Source: Chrysomallon squamiferum | Taxonomy: Eukaryota; Animalia; Mollusca | NCBI GenBank assembly: GCA_012295275.1 | Contig: CM022671.1 | Location: 21,390,001-21,454,000, forward strand | Direction: 5' to 3' | Length of the DNA: 64,000 nt | Shown: in pieces, positions 13,501 through 27,396 of the stretch | Layout: the number at the start of each line of letters is the position of its first letter | Position numbering within the stretch: position 1 is the stretch's first letter | Notes under the pieces: model-generated | The model's database searches: none | What the model was told of the DNA's origin: nothing | What the model saw: the letters and a program-made list of their open reading frames with translations, nothing else | Translations under genes and position numbers: made by a program

Positions 13501-14984
13501 CTTTTTGTTTCTGTCTCATCAGCAGTTTCAGCATCCAATCTTTGAAGAAGAACTCGAACATCCTCATCTAGCTGAAAAAAAAAAATGAAAAAAACTATTA
13601 TTTAAAATACACACAAATCTGCAGTGCAAGAGTTGCTTCCCCTCAAATTAAACCAACCAGTAACACATGTGTTTCTCTCCCCTTTGTACATTAATTCAAT
13701 CAACTGAACTTTTAGTACTCCCACCAAGATTCATGTTCAGCAGTCTTCAACAACTTTATTACTAGTTGATAAGGGGTGTACTTAACAGTCTGCCACCAAC
13801 TTTACCTCACTCCAGTGTTTGCTAACTATCTTCTGCATGTTTATCACAGACCAAAATATTATTTTTAATAAACACCTTAACATTTTTTTCAAAACTTGAT
13901 GGTAACACTCAATTCAAGGGTCTGCTGACAGTCATTGTCACATTTCTCAAAGATAAAATGTTTGTTTTTGACTAGTAATCATTAAATAATGTAGCACAAT
14001 GATTATAATATGCAATTCTCTTTAGTCAACAAACTTCAGCATTCTTAATTATGAAAAATAATCAAAATAATTGTTAATGAATATCTTCAGAATAATATCA
14101 AACAATGATAATAATCTGATACCAAGATTTCTTGACAATATTCGTCACATTGTATAATAATAATAATAGCTGATTCCAGTATCTGTTCACAGTAAAATAA
14201 CATACAACACTATATAATAATAATAATTCTTGAATCCTATATCTATTGACAGTAAAATAATGTTCAACAAGCTATAATAATAATACCCAAATCCTGTACC
14301 TATTGACTGTAAAATAATATTGTAAATAATAACAGCCAATTACGCTATTTGTTGACTGTAAAATTATATAACACTGTAAAATAACAATAATACCTGATTC
14401 CAGTATCTGTTGACTATCATCAACACAGCATCATCAGTTCTCTGTCTGTTCTCCAGCTGCTCTCGATGCGTTTATGAAGTTCATTCTCTGCCTTCTTCCT
14501 CTGTTCTATCCTTTCAGCCAACTTCTTGTTTTGAAAAGCAAGTACCTTTAGGTCAAGTTGTTCCTGAAAAGAAGAAAAAAATTATTATAAATTTAAAATT
14601 GGAATTTTTTTAAACTAAATTCGTTTCTTTGAGATTAATATAGAAATTTTCACACAGAAGTTAGAAAATATAATTAAGATTTCAGAAAGTGAGAGTGTGC
14701 ATATTATGGTGAGATTTTTTTGTTTTTTTTTTGTTAGCTATAACTATTGAGTCAGAATTACCAAATAACTGATATGCAAAAGAAGATTAAAAAAGTAATT
14801 AATTAATCTGTGTTTTTACTGGGCCTTTCTGGTGTCACCCAACAAAAGAAACTTTAATAAAAATAAAAAGCCAACATACTAGATTGTAAATTGGACCCAT
14901 CTTCATGGACTCGATCCGGGTCATGGCTTTCTTGGCTGAAGGTCCAGCTGAACTGGTTTCTTCAGCTGGACGTTTAGAAGCCAT
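4529..14984 (-). CDS. BRE1: E3 ubiquitin-protein ligase BRE1 (RNF20/RNF40 ortholog), ~944 aa if the exon-2 frameshift is corrected
   Basis: 18 coding exons: 14984-14880, 14563-14394, 13571-13502, 12867-12592, 12138-11963, 11535-11320, 10876-10751, 10493-10320, 9515-9380, 9013-8892, 8411-8173, 7778-7694, 7468-7286, 6966-6838, 6244-6072, 5776-5599, 5263-5162, 4705-4529. All are GT-AG and phase-consistent apart from 2 extra nt at ~14461. Motifs include [39 protein letters not shown] and [17 protein letters not shown], plus the C-terminal RING CPSC...[22 protein letters not shown]...DFHRLYIG*. Confidence 0.95.
8066..8130. repeat. (AAGAAC)n hexanucleotide microsatellite
   Basis: About 10 tandem copies in a BRE1 intron. 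Confidence 0.9.
9525..9688. repeat. ~24-bp minisatellite beside a BRE1 splice acceptor
   Basis: Unit ~CAGTAACATAAAACAATAACAAAT, about 6 copies. It explains the repetitive ORFs 9360-9668 and 9422-9682. Confidence 0.8.
12841..13275. repeat. ~95-105-bp tandem repeat containing a BRE1 intron/exon junction
   Basis: Unit TGAAGT.GTTTCATTGCTTTCAT.TGTTATG...TATATAATGATAA...CAAAATCTAAT.TCT. Copies start near 12841, 12941, 13034, 13133 and 13240. Confidence 0.85.
14165..14420. repeat. ~55-60-bp degenerate tandem repeat containing the 3' end and donor of BRE1 coding exon 2
   Basis: CTGATTCCAGTATCTGTT at 14170 matches the exon end at 14394. Degenerate copies lie at ~14231, 14290 and 14340. Confidence 0.75.
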
Positions 14985-16130
14985 GTTGCTCTCCTTTAGA
15001 TTCCAGTCCTCTCAGCAAGTAAAATCAGAAGCAAGTCTCAGGATGGATAAAGAATTATCTGCATAAATACCTAAATTGAAAAAAAAATTATTACAAATTT
15101 AAACATTTTTATCACTTAAACTTTCTATTTAATATTTTCAGGTTATAATTTGATTAAGTACCATGTCCCATATAACTAAGTATTTGCTGGCAAGCTATCT
15201 CAATTATGGACAAGATAATACAAGTCAAGTGTTTGCTTTAGTGAACTCATACAAAGACAGCAGACTGTTACATTCAAGGTATGGTTTTATTTGTTCCCCA
15301 AATCCAGCTGTAAAAATAAAATTATATTACTGCAAAATTTGATGAAAGTGTTTACTTTCTTCATATTACTGTAATAACATTTGAGTACATTTGTTTTCTG
15401 CATCAATGTTAACTTTAAAACATTTCTCAGTCAATTTCGTTGAAGTTGCTTTAAAAAAGTTCAGTAAATGATGAGTCTTGTATTGTGTAATAACCAAAAT
15501 AAAAAAACGTCAGCTATTACTGCACTTAACGTTTCAAATTTTTAAAAGAGATAAATAATACCGTATTTAATCTTTATCTTGATGAATTCAAAGGGTAACT
15601 TTATGCTTATCTATGGACAACAGACATTATATCTCAAATTTTGTTTATCAACTTCTAACACTCTGCTTCATAATAAGATTCGTTTTAATTAATTATCATC
15701 TTCTACACTGCCGATATTGACAAATAATGATACTACATTGACAGTCAATTAACGTATCGTATCATCAGACGATCAGCTTTTATTAATTACAATTCCTTAA
15801 TTGGTTATAAATTAATAATTTACTTCTAGATATACATTGTGGCTATACGCCCTGGTCTAAAGATTGAATATCTTGAAATCGATTATTAATAATAAATGAA
15901 ATATATTTAAAAATTAAGAATTAATATCAAAAATATTAAATAAAATTTAAAAATGACACTCTTAAGTACCGTCGTTCCTACTTTAAAAAAATAATAATAA
16001 ATTTTATGTTAAACTAACATCACCAACACTCAAAATTATATTACTTTTTCAAGTTAATGCGACAATGATAGCATGTTTTGCATTAAAACGATTTCTGATC
16101 AAACTATTTTTCACTAAAATATAAATGTCA

Positions 16131-16140
16131 CGCCATTTTG
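16131..16140 (-). promoter_or_regulatory. YY1-like motif (CAAAATGGCG) in the likely BRE1 promoter/5' UTR region
   Basis: CGCCATTTTG on +, in a CpG-containing patch about 1.15 kb upstream of the BRE1 ATG. Confidence 0.4.
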
Positions 16141-16561
16141 TTTAGACTGGTAACTGCTATTTTCGACTGGTGTAAAACAAATAAATATACTGCGTCTCTT
16201 TCGTCTTACGGCTTCTTTTTGTTGAATATCGGTGTAGTTAAACCAGTATTCACCATGCATTCGTTCGTAAATAAGCGCTACAAATTTACGTTAATACCTA
16301 AAAATAAAAGAATTCGTGATTAATTTTTTCCCATATTTATAAAACTTTTTTTTATTACCTTTATTTTTATTAGTTTTATTTTATTTTATTTTGTAATTAT
16401 TATTTGGGTTTATTTTTGTGGAATAGATAAATCATTTATTATATCAAAACGCACAGGATATAATAAATAGTCCGTTGTCAAAGACTTTTTTTTATTACAT
16501 TCAGCAGGTTAAAAAAAAAATTAAAAAGAACAAACTTCATATCGAACTTTATTTTACTTTT

Positions 16562-16600
<39 letters not shown>

Positions 16601-16818
16601 GTGTTCAGTTTAATATTCTGCTTGTCTTGATAATTATTTTTTATAGAATTAAAAGTATTATTCTTATTGTTTTCATTTTCATTTTTTTATTATTTCATAT
16701 ATTATATATGTTTTGTTTTTTCCTCATGAGTTTATTAATGATTATACTTAAAATATTGTATCTGTATGTTGTCAATATTTAACGATATAATGCAATCACT
16801 TCAGAGTACATTTTTATG

Positions 16819-16857
<39 letters not shown>

Positions 16858-17443
16858 TATTATTTTGTTGTTGTTGTTGTTGTTGATTCTCACAATTGGT
16901 TTAATATATTAATAAGACACATGCAGATCATTTAAGTTAAAGAAAATATTTATCTATACAAACACAGACGCAAACCATTTCTTTATTTTCAGTTCAAGGT
17001 CGATCTACTAGAAGCCGTGTCATCTTTATACATGACCAAACACTCAGGACGTGTATATGTGCATGTATCTGTGGTATATCTATTATCTGTGTGTTTGCGT
17101 ATGTTTGTGAGCGTGTCAGTGCATGTCTTTGAGGCGTAAATGTGTGTATCTTGAATGTATCTGTGGTGTATGTCTGCGTACGTGCGTGTATCTGAAGTAT
17201 ATCCGTGTGTTGGTGCGTGTATCAAAGGCGCAATAACCGCTAATAGAAAAATGTACTGATAAGTTGAACATTCTATTTTCTTGTACGTAATGTGAAATGT
17301 TTACGTATTTGTCTGTCTATCTGTCTCTTTATTTTAATAAAAGTTTAGTTTCTCATGAGTAGAGAGTGTGTTGTAATAATAATAATAGTAATTTACTGTT
17401 AAATTTAATGATTTATTTATAATATTTAAAACATAATAATAAA

Positions 17444-17497
<54 letters not shown>

Positions 17498-17594
17498 CTA
17501 TGGAACTGTCTTTTGATCCATTTTTTATTTACCAGTATTTTGGCAAATTTTACATATTAAAATTTATAAAAGGTCAGTAACCTATAATAGGTCT

Positions 17595-17640
17595 TTTCTT
17601 TGCCGTATTCTTTGTGTTTTCTTTGCCGTATTCTTTGTGT
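17595..17640. repeat. Perfect 23-bp tandem duplication
   Basis: TTTCTTTGCCGTATTCTTTGTGT x2. Confidence 0.85.
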
Positions 17641-19020
17641 TTTCTGTACCGAAGGACAAACGTGTTGTTATTTGACTTCCAGGTTTTTCTGCTTCATTTC
17701 AGTTGTTAGATTGAGAAAATAAGTTTTAGCTGTTGGTATATTTTATTTACGATAATGACTGAATTTTCTTTCTTTTCATGAATGGGTAGGGTCTAACATC
17801 TTTTTTACATCTAAATAATATTATATATTTTTCCGTTCTCTGTAAAAATAAAATATCTGGATTCACATTTTATTTTAAAATAATTACATTTTGAAAAAGC
17901 TGCTATTGGTGGGTGATGTTTGTAGAATGGAACTTGCGTATTTCTGTGTACTGGAGGAAACAACACAGTTTAATGCACCAGATTCGACTGTTTTTTGTCT
18001 GAACTATATATGGTTCTAAAATTACATGTATTAAATAATTTATTTTTTTATAATATATATAATTTAATACACGTAATTTTAACTGCCTTATATAGTTTAT
18101 ATCACACTATAGCTTATATGTATTTGTATATCGAAACAGTTAATGGATAATAAAATAATTGATTAAAATTTATCTAAATGTCGTTTGTTTGAATAGTTTT
18201 AATATTATATCCGTGTCGTTGACTTATTATAACAGACAGATTTAGCTCTGATAACTGAATACAACGTGACCCTGATTCAGTACAAGTTTCTAAATTAAAG
18301 AACCATTTTTACTATGTATAAACATTTAGCTGTTTGAAAGTGTAAAGAAGAACGGATTTTGGTGGGTTGATTATAAGAATCCTGAAGCTGAAACTGAACA
18401 GGTTAACATTCGACGAAGTTGTCAGGTTTTACATTCTGAATCTAATTTTACATAATGCAAGAAGGCTGTGATTTCCATTTTTATTGAACGAAGCATTCGT
18501 GTGTAATATAACATGTCACTGTGCTTCAGTGGAGGCTTCTGTCTTTTAAGGTGATAATTTCCCTCCTACCCAAAACATGATATTACTGTCATCATTGTTG
18601 TCAAGCTCTTCGTGCATATTGTTTTAAAAATGTTACCAGTTCCTAAGTTTATTTTATGTGAAAAAAACAGGCCGGATTAATTCACGAGTTGGTAAAACTG
18701 TTTTCACATCAGCCATAGAGATCATAAAGATCCTAGATTTTTAAACTGATAACCTGAAATTTAATAAAGAAGAAAATCTAATTCAAATATTGATTGATTG
18801 TATAATCTGGTATCATTGTATCAATCATGAAGTAGAACAGAAAATATTAATTTCCTAGAAATAGCTTCCATATTCTGAAGTCAACTGGTCGTTTTTAACA
18901 GTTTATAATGACCACGTATTTAACAATTTCAAGCATAACTTAGAGTTTTAGTTTTAAAAGCAAAACAGTTTTATTACGATGGTTGGGAGACACCTGATAA
19001 TTAATTTGTTCCAACTACAT

Positions 19021-19143
19021 AAATTCTTAGCGGACTAAAAATGTGTATTAAAATCTTAGCGGACTAAAAATGTGTATTTAAATTCTTAGCGGACTAAAAA
19101 TGTGTATTTAAATTCTTAGCGTACTAAAAAATGTGTATTTAAA
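19021..19143. repeat. 30-bp minisatellite, 4 copies
   Basis: AAATTCTTAGCGGACTAAAAATGTGTATTT x4, near-identical and without spacers. Confidence 0.9.
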
Positions 19144-19740
19144 TGCTAACGCTGTACAAACGATCAAAATAGAAAGATGAGATCTAAATGATCGATAACA
19201 AATATCAATTCATAATTTAAAAAAAAAAAAAACAACAACTATTACTGTATTTTTCTCTCTAATTCCGAAAGATGTCGTCTTGATATTGACTTAATTTCTA
19301 CAATTCTTTGTTGCTTTCATTCTCTTAACATTGTCGAAGCAAACGGTTCAATATTCTGATTCATTTCAACGTTTAGGCTCTTAGTTACCGTAATATATGA
19401 AATAACAGAGCTTCCATTCAAACGTATTTAGTTATTTTTGTTTTGCTGCGATATGATCAGCGATAAAAAAAGGGGGGGGGAAGAAAAACCCAGAGAAACT
19501 CCAAATAACAGTGAGTAAAGCTGTTACATTTCTGAAAAGGATTATATGTGTATATGTATGTAAGTTTTTGTGCTTTGTGCATAATTAACGTAATACGAAT
19601 AATTCAAAAGAGCTCGTTAGATTTGACATTGGTTATCTGCAGAGATTCTGGAGTGATTTTGTAGTATTTCTTCATCCACATTTAATTTCTGTTTCATTTC
19701 AATCTTTGGGTTACCCTCTAAAGACCATTTTGTTATATTT

Positions 19741-19826
19741 ACCTTTGTCTGACACCAAATAGCCGATGTTTGTTTGTGCTGGGGTGTCGTTAAATATTCA
19801 TTCTTTCACTCTTTCTTTCTTTCTTC
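19741..19826 (+). mobile_element. Possible 3' tail remnant of a SINE-like retroelement
   Basis: ...GACACCAAATAGCCGATG...GTGCTGGGGTGTCGTTAAATATTCATTC is followed by a simple-repeat tail. A related degenerate tail (GTGCTAAGAAGTCGTTAAAAC) lies at ~43436-43456. It resembles mollusc SINE tails from memory and is unverified. Confidence 0.35.
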
Positions 19827-20299
19827 ACCCTCTAAAGATCTTTATAAATCAGTGATATTTCATTTAAAAAGACAGACAAGAGATGTAAAAACAGGGAGTT
19901 TTATTTAATATCACAGATAAGACGTTTCTCTATGTACAAGTCAACTGATTTCTTTCTTTACATTATTAGATACATTAACATGCAAAATATGAAAAGAAAA
20001 AAAAAGGACTAGTGAGAAGAAATGCCATGGCAGGAGACTGAAAAGAAGATATTATGTAACTGAGGTAAAATCTTTATACGATTATTTACAGTCAAGAGGA
20101 AACAGGAAAATTGGTCAAGATGATTCACTTCCGAGAAAAGAAAAATGTCCGTACAACAGGGCCCTGTTGTCAACCAGAGATGTTAAACTGGTTTTTGATT
20201 GTTTGTTGTTGTTCTCTTTGCCTTTCTTTCTTTTTCTTTACAAAGAATATTTCGTTTGCCCAATGAAAGAGAAATTAGTTAACGGACTATTTATCATTT

Positions 20300-22353
20300 T
20301 TACTTGTTTTCCACTTTTATGTTGCTAAAGAACATTCCCATGGCTTCGCAAACTGGAGCCAAACAACACTGCATAATAGAGCCGAAGAATTTCTGCGCGC
20401 ATCCCAGATTGATCATGCAGACCTTGTAGCAGGGTCCGATGTGCCAGATGTGCTGGAACGCGATCATCGCGAACTCGCATCCCCAGCAGAAGGCGATGAA
20501 GATGCCGCATAGCAAAGTCAGGACCTTGTAACAGCAGTTCTTCGTGCAGGTGAAGCATTTGTAGGAGTTCACCCATACACAGTCCATAGAGTGAATACTC
20601 TCAGGCTCCCCGAAAACATCCTCGAAGTTGACCTGAAGAAAACAGGGAAAAACAATCATAAAGTAATAAAACGGAAAGTAATTGTTGTAAACGATTAAAG
20701 TTTTTAAACTAGCTGAAACGGAATGCATTTAGTTATCAGTTATTTGTACAAGTGGGGGTTTTGAAATCTATTTTCAGTTCATAAAAAACTGTTTTATTAT
20801 TATTTTAATGTAAATTTAGTTAATAATAATCTATTTAATTGAAGGTTCATCTAGATTTATTTAATAATAATTTATTTAATTGATGATTTAATCTATATTT
20901 AGTTAATAATTATATAAACTGTTACAGTTTTAACTAGTTTTAACTGACATCTCTTTAGTAATTGTTTTCAACGATGAATTTTTTTCTTTCGTGTTATCAG
21001 ATATTATTTTTGTTTAATTGGATCTGTTTTCAAGCACAATATTTTAAATATTAACTGCTAGAATTAATAGGTTTTGAAGACTCCGTTGTAACATCGCATT
21101 GTTCTATTTTTTGTTTTTATTTTCTGGAATACGTCTCATTCATGTTCTGAAACAATTTATTATCAACTGACATTTAACGTCCTTCTTAATTATATATGTT
21201 ATTTAGAAAACACTATGCTAAATTCTTAGCATATTAACTGTTACTGTTGTTCATATATTTTATTTGACATAGGTAACATTTTTCCAAAAATTTTATAAAA
21301 CGATTAGAAATTATTATTACCAGTGATTTATTTATTTACGTAATTCTGTATTGAATTTTTCTTTTATTTATTTTATTCTCAACCTTTTATTATTATGATT
21401 ATATGTGCATGTATGTAAAATTAGTACACTGATTCTAATAGATGCTATATATAAGATATAACTGTTACTGTTTTAAGATAACAGCTTTATCCAGTTCAAG
21501 TGAAATGAGATCATAAGACAGTATTTCGTTTTTGTTGGTGATTATATGATGACGGTTTTATTATTATTATTAGTAGTAGTAGTAGCCGTAGTAGTATAAG
21601 TTGTAGTAGTAGTAGTAGTAGTAGTAGTAGTCGTAGTAGTAGCAGTAACAACAGCAACAGTAGTAGTAGTTGTTATTGTTGTAGAGTAGTAGTTGTAGTA
21701 GTAGTAGTTAATTCATTGCCTGAATTGTTTTCTGTGCATGTTTTGTAGCTAAATCATTTCTGAACTTTTTTCTTATTGATATAATTGTTATTTTTACTGA
21801 ACTCAGAATAAAGCGTACCAAACAATTGATATTAAATATTATCAACAAAGCTGTCACGGGGATTATTTATCGTTTAATTCAGATACCGTCTTAATCCATT
21901 CATTTTCGACTTGATGGCTTTTTTTTTTTTTTTTTTTTTATTATGGTCTATAAAACGCAACAACGAGCTTCATTTCCTTTTGTTGTTGCTTAGCAACAAA
22001 GTTCATAAACAAAGATACGACACTGTTCTTTACAACTGATCGAAGGCGTCTGCGAATCATTCACAAAATTAATAACTATTATTAATTCATATAAACACAC
22101 ACACATAGAGAGACAGACAGACAGACACACACACACACACACACACACAAGAATCTGTGGCGAAGATTTTGATGATACGGTTCAGAAATTACTTTCAGTT
22201 TGGGGTCTTTGATAACTAATTCATTTTGATAGCATCGTGATCAACAGTTTCAAAAGCATTTTTCATTAAACTTTTTATCCTGTATCGTAAAAGTGTATTA
22301 GGTAATAATCAAGCAAAAAAAAAAAAATACAAATAAAACGTCTTTATTACTTT

Positions 22354-22390
<37 letters not shown>

Positions 22391-22913
22391 TACTTTGAAA
22401 ACGAATTTATATTCTAGCTAAGGTTTATTTTCTATGAATATATCAATATTCATAAATTTTATTTTAAAGGATGTATTAGAATATAAAAAAAATTATTATC
22501 CAAGCTATATGAAAATTAAATAGGAGGAATTTACACTTTTGTTGTATATTTTAATTCCAGATAAAAGATATTTGTAAGTTTATTTTTTATTTTTTTTATT
22601 TATGAACTCCCAAATGAGCATAGAATGTTTTTAAAGAAATAATAGACCCACTAAATACATTTTCAAATATGATTTCTTTAAAATTCGACTTATGCCATAA
22701 AAATAAAACGAAACGAAACACTGAAAGAAAAGAAAGAAACTGAAAACGAAACGAAATCTTATTTCTTTTCCTTAAAAAAAAAAAAAAAAAAAAAAAAGGA
22801 AAAAAAAAAAAAAAAGAAAGAAAGAATGAAGAAATAAAAAATCTTACCCCAACATGCGAGTTAAGATCATTTGGATCTCTGTTAGCCAAATCGACAGGTG
22901 TTTGTTCGGTCAT
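20300..22913 (-). CDS. Caveolin paralog A (132 aa)
   Basis: Exon 1 22913-22848 (MTEQTPVDLANRDPNDLNSHVG, GGG|GTAAGA) joins exon 2 20632-20300 (TTCAG|VNFEDVFGEPESIHSMDCVW...KVENK*). It carries the caveolin RDP..LN and FEDV..EP signatures, and the intron is at the position used by vertebrate caveolins. Confidence 0.93.
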
Positions 22914-23165
22914 TTTGAAAATTGCTTTAAAGTAAATCCAATCAAAACTCCAACAGACGACAATTCAAAAGTTTATGCCAGCCGACCCCAAGCAGGAATG
23001 AAGGATTTGGAAGCATCCTGGCTTATAATAAATGTTTACTTGGATACTTGTTTGTCATCTCAACGACATACAATACGCTGCACGGTCGCTTAGAAAGTGT
23101 ATCCATATACAAACTAAAATCCCTCCCACTTTCGGAAATTTTCACCGAAGCGTTGAAATAAACAG

Positions 23166-23175
23166 GTCACGTGAC
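23166..23175. promoter_or_regulatory. Perfect CLEAR/E-box palindrome GTCACGTGAC
   Basis: 253 bp upstream of the caveolin A ATG. An identical element lies 242 bp upstream of caveolin C exon 1 (proximal). Confidence 0.5.
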
Positions 23176-24495
23176 TATGGAACTGTTTCTCCTTTCCCAT
23201 ATTGATCTCCAATCTACGTGTTTCCGACGATTCCAAATAATACACCCAAAAAAAAGAAATACCAAAAGTAACCTAGTGACACCAGGGCATTTCCTTTCTT
23301 TGGTTAAGGGGGGGTGCATGAAATGCACAAGAAATGTTGAAGTTAATTCCTCGTTTCAGTGAAAGAATTCGACGTTTAGGGATTTCGCCTTAAAAATGTT
23401 TCTTATACTTCTGTCAAAAATGGGAGACTAATTTTATTTTATTTATTTATTTTTATTTTTATTTTTTCGTTACACAGAAATCTGAGTAAAATCAAATGTA
23501 ACTGTCTCTTCTGTGATAATTTAATATGTTGCTCTCAGTTTAAAGATCTTGATAAGACAGTTCAGAGCCATCATTATCAAAAATCTTCAGTATTATTTTC
23601 AATGTAATCACCGCCGTTTCCTTAAAGAAATTCAACGTTAAAACAAACAACAATAAAGCAATAAAGACTAAAATAGGATGAATTTGTCAAACATATGAGG
23701 GCTTTTCTTTTTGTATATTTTCGCTGAATAATATTATCCATAGTAGTACTGAAATATAGACGTGATCTTTTTCTTCGTTTCAAACCCATGAACGTACACC
23801 AACCCCACCCTTATGCTATTGCAGGGACTTCACTAAAGACCAGCATTATTTTGTATTTATTATTGAAGCATTTCTATTCACAGAACTCATTATTCGTTGC
23901 CTTTGGTGATAAACCGTTTCACTGTCTGAGTCCTGATCGTATAATCCTGTTTTCGCATAAAGGTTGTAACTTGTACTAGATGCTTGCTTTTTATTCCTTT
24001 ATATTGAAAACGTTTCACCTCATAATAACTCAGTCCATTCTCCTGACTGTCAAATACACGAATGTGTGTGGGAATGTTGAAAAAGGAAAAAAGGAAGCAC
24101 AATGAAAGCTTGTTCGTGCATTTATTCTCTGCTCCTAATATTAAAAGTTAACTCAGTAGATCTTTTTTTTCTCGTAAGCTCACACAGAAATCTAAGTGTG
24201 GGTTACTATTAATGTTTTATTCATACCGCACTTATAATTATTATACATATATATTTATTTAGTTTTAGTTGTTTTGTCTTTTTTCAATTATTATTATTTT
24301 TTTCAAACCAGTCCCAATTTCGGTATAATTCTTATCAATACATTTTAAATTTTTCGTTGTTGTTTATATTAGGTCCGGGTCATTAATAAAGTAAATGAAT
24401 ATGCTCAGAAATGCAGGAGAGAATTCGGATTTAACATATTACCGAGTGAAAAAAATTAGTTATGTCCATAGAGTGCTGCAAAACTATTGTATTTA

Positions 24496-24547
<52 letters not shown>

Positions 24548-26318
24548 ATTATTGTTAGTTCTGTTGTATTGTATCTACAGTGACCATCATTCATTTACAT
24601 TATTAGATATATAGATATAAATATAGATATAGGTAGGCATATAGATAGATACAGATATATATATATACATATATATTTACATAAACATATATATATATAT
24701 ACACATACTAAGACACATATATATATATTATTTCTTAACTGTTTTATTCACTGGAAGTACAGATCAGTGGGTGTTATTTGCAAATGGCAATAAAAAGCAA
24801 ATTAGGAAAGGATTTCTGAGAACTGACAGAGTTCTGTGCAGCAAAGTAATGCCACTCAGATACTGATGTTATCAAGATGCTTCACGGACATTAGTTATTT
24901 TTCTTTAAGGGGCACAATAACCAGATTCAAAACAAGACAGTGTCTTAATTGATTACCTTCCCCGTTTAAGTCAGACACAATTTACTTGAAAATTCTTATA
25001 ATAGTTCTATAAAATTAAGTATGCATTATCCAAAATTACAAAAATTCCGAAAAGATCAGAAATGCCAAGCGTTTTTTCGAGAAGTTGAAGTACAGGTATC
25101 TTATAGTTTTTGGATAGTCTATTGTAGACAAAATTTTATTTCATGCATTATACGTATTACATATAAGTACTTGCAGACTATCTGTGTAAGCCATATAATC
25201 ATGAAATATTAATATAACTGGATTGGAGGTGGGTGAATCTTTCATTTTATTTTATTTTATTTTTTTTTTTTTGTTAATATATTTCAAAATCGGAAAATTT
25301 CGACTTTATTCATGAGTACATCATCTTTCGTTAATTTTGTTTCAGTATTCTTTCTTTAAAATGTGCATCAGTCCTATTTTTATCTCTTTTTATCTTTCTT
25401 TACAGAAATTTAATTCGTTTATTCATTCCTAATATTAATAGTATTCATCCTTTTTTCTTTCTTTTTTCCTTTTGACAACAGGAAAACGTATTAACACGTC
25501 TGTTTATTTGATGTCATATATTACGATTCTCAAAATTAACTAATTCACTCAGCTGTAATATTAATTACTCTGATTTTCAAATTACGTGATTCCATTCAGT
25601 TTCCTTCAATTTTCTAACGACACTTGACAGTTCACGTCATTGCCTTCACGTGAAAACAAAAATCGATGATTTTTTCCGTCAAAGGCACTTCATCATGAAT
25701 TGATTTATGTTAACCATCAGAAACATTCGATCAGATTTCTGTGTGAAAATGGTGTAGCTGCAATGATTTTATTTAGACACCGTGGATGGTGTAAGAAAAA
25801 GGACATGTTAGGACTTGCTGCGTGTTTGTTTTTGTTTTTTTGTTTTTTTTTTTTTTTTTTTTTCGTTTTTTGAAAAGATACGTTATGGATTTTTAACAAG
25901 ATATTGCAAAATTATGAATGAACTTTCAGGGCTTTTGGTGATGCTAAATCAATGCGTAATAGTTCTTATTATAGAGGATAGTTTCATTTATTTTATATTC
26001 TTTTTTAGCTGTCATTATTTTGTTCTTGACTTTTTGAGAAAAAAAGAAAAAAGAAATATTGCTGATCCAGAAAAGAGTGAAGAGCAAAGACTCCTATCGA
26101 GGATATTCGCGTACATACATTTAGATGTACAAACAGTAATAATAATAATAATAATAAAAACAAAATTAACATAACAACAACAGCAACATCAACAATAACA
26201 ATAATAATAATAATAAACTATAATAAAACATCAACAACAGCAACAGCATCCGCAACACCACCACCACAATCACCAACAACACCAACAACAACAATAATAA
26301 TAATAATAATAATAATAT

Positions 26319-26359
<41 letters not shown>

Positions 26360-27396
26360 TAAAAATAATAAACGATAATTTAACAAATAAATAAATATAT
26401 AAATATTTCTCAGCTCAAACACACATATTCATGCCACTGTAACCAAAACCACTATTAATACATTGATATATTGGATATTTTGTTCAGATGGCCTTGAACG
26501 CTAAATTTATCAAGACCTGTCTCATATTTTAATGTATTGTGCATGTATAATACAATAGGTATTGATCAGCAAAATCACAATGCACTGTCCACTGGTCTGG
26601 ATCGCACTGCTTGTTCATAATTACAATAGTGTTGTTGTTTTGTTTTCTCTGTATAGATTATAGATAACTTGTAATCGAGTGTGAAGTATGACGAACGAAT
26701 GGATTAATCGTTAATGACATCATTTACGAACAAAAGCCAGGATGTATAAATAAATGTACAGGCGATGACCACAAAGAAAATATCTACGTACAAAAATGAT
26801 TAAGAAAAAAAGTAAATATGGCCCAAGATGACCTGCTGTTTAATGCTTTTATATGGTTTGAATCTCGAAGGTGTTTATTTTCATATTATTTTTATTTATT
26901 TATTTATTTATTTATTTATTATTATTATTATTATTGTTTATTTATTTATTTATTTTATTATTATTATTATTAATAAAATAACAACAAAATATGTATCAGT
27001 TTTGTAAAATTTTATTCCTTGATTAACGATAATAAAAAATATATATTTTTAAAGAAAAATCATTAATGAGAATAATACAGAAATGTTGGGCTTGCTCTGT
27101 CAAAATACGCCTTTTATAATGATACACAAGATGAAAATTTCAAATATAACAACAAAAGTCATAAAGTCATTAATTTCCTTTTTGAATGCTAGCTGTTCGT
27201 GAACAATATCTTAAAATTTCAACGAGCTTGACCTCGGCTTTCGGAAAAGTCACACTTAATAATAACAGAAATTCTTTATACATTTTAGCTATAATAACAG
27301 TACGCAGTGTTCAGCGCGAATGACAAAAATTGATGTAAAAAATATTAGGTAATTATTATGTGCTGATATTATACGCAATTGAGATTGACGCCGTCG

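Noticed and set aside
19021-19143. 30-bp direct repeats of CRISPR-like length
   Set aside because: The repeats are contiguous with no unique spacers, there are no cas genes, and the context is eukaryotic. It is an ordinary minisatellite.
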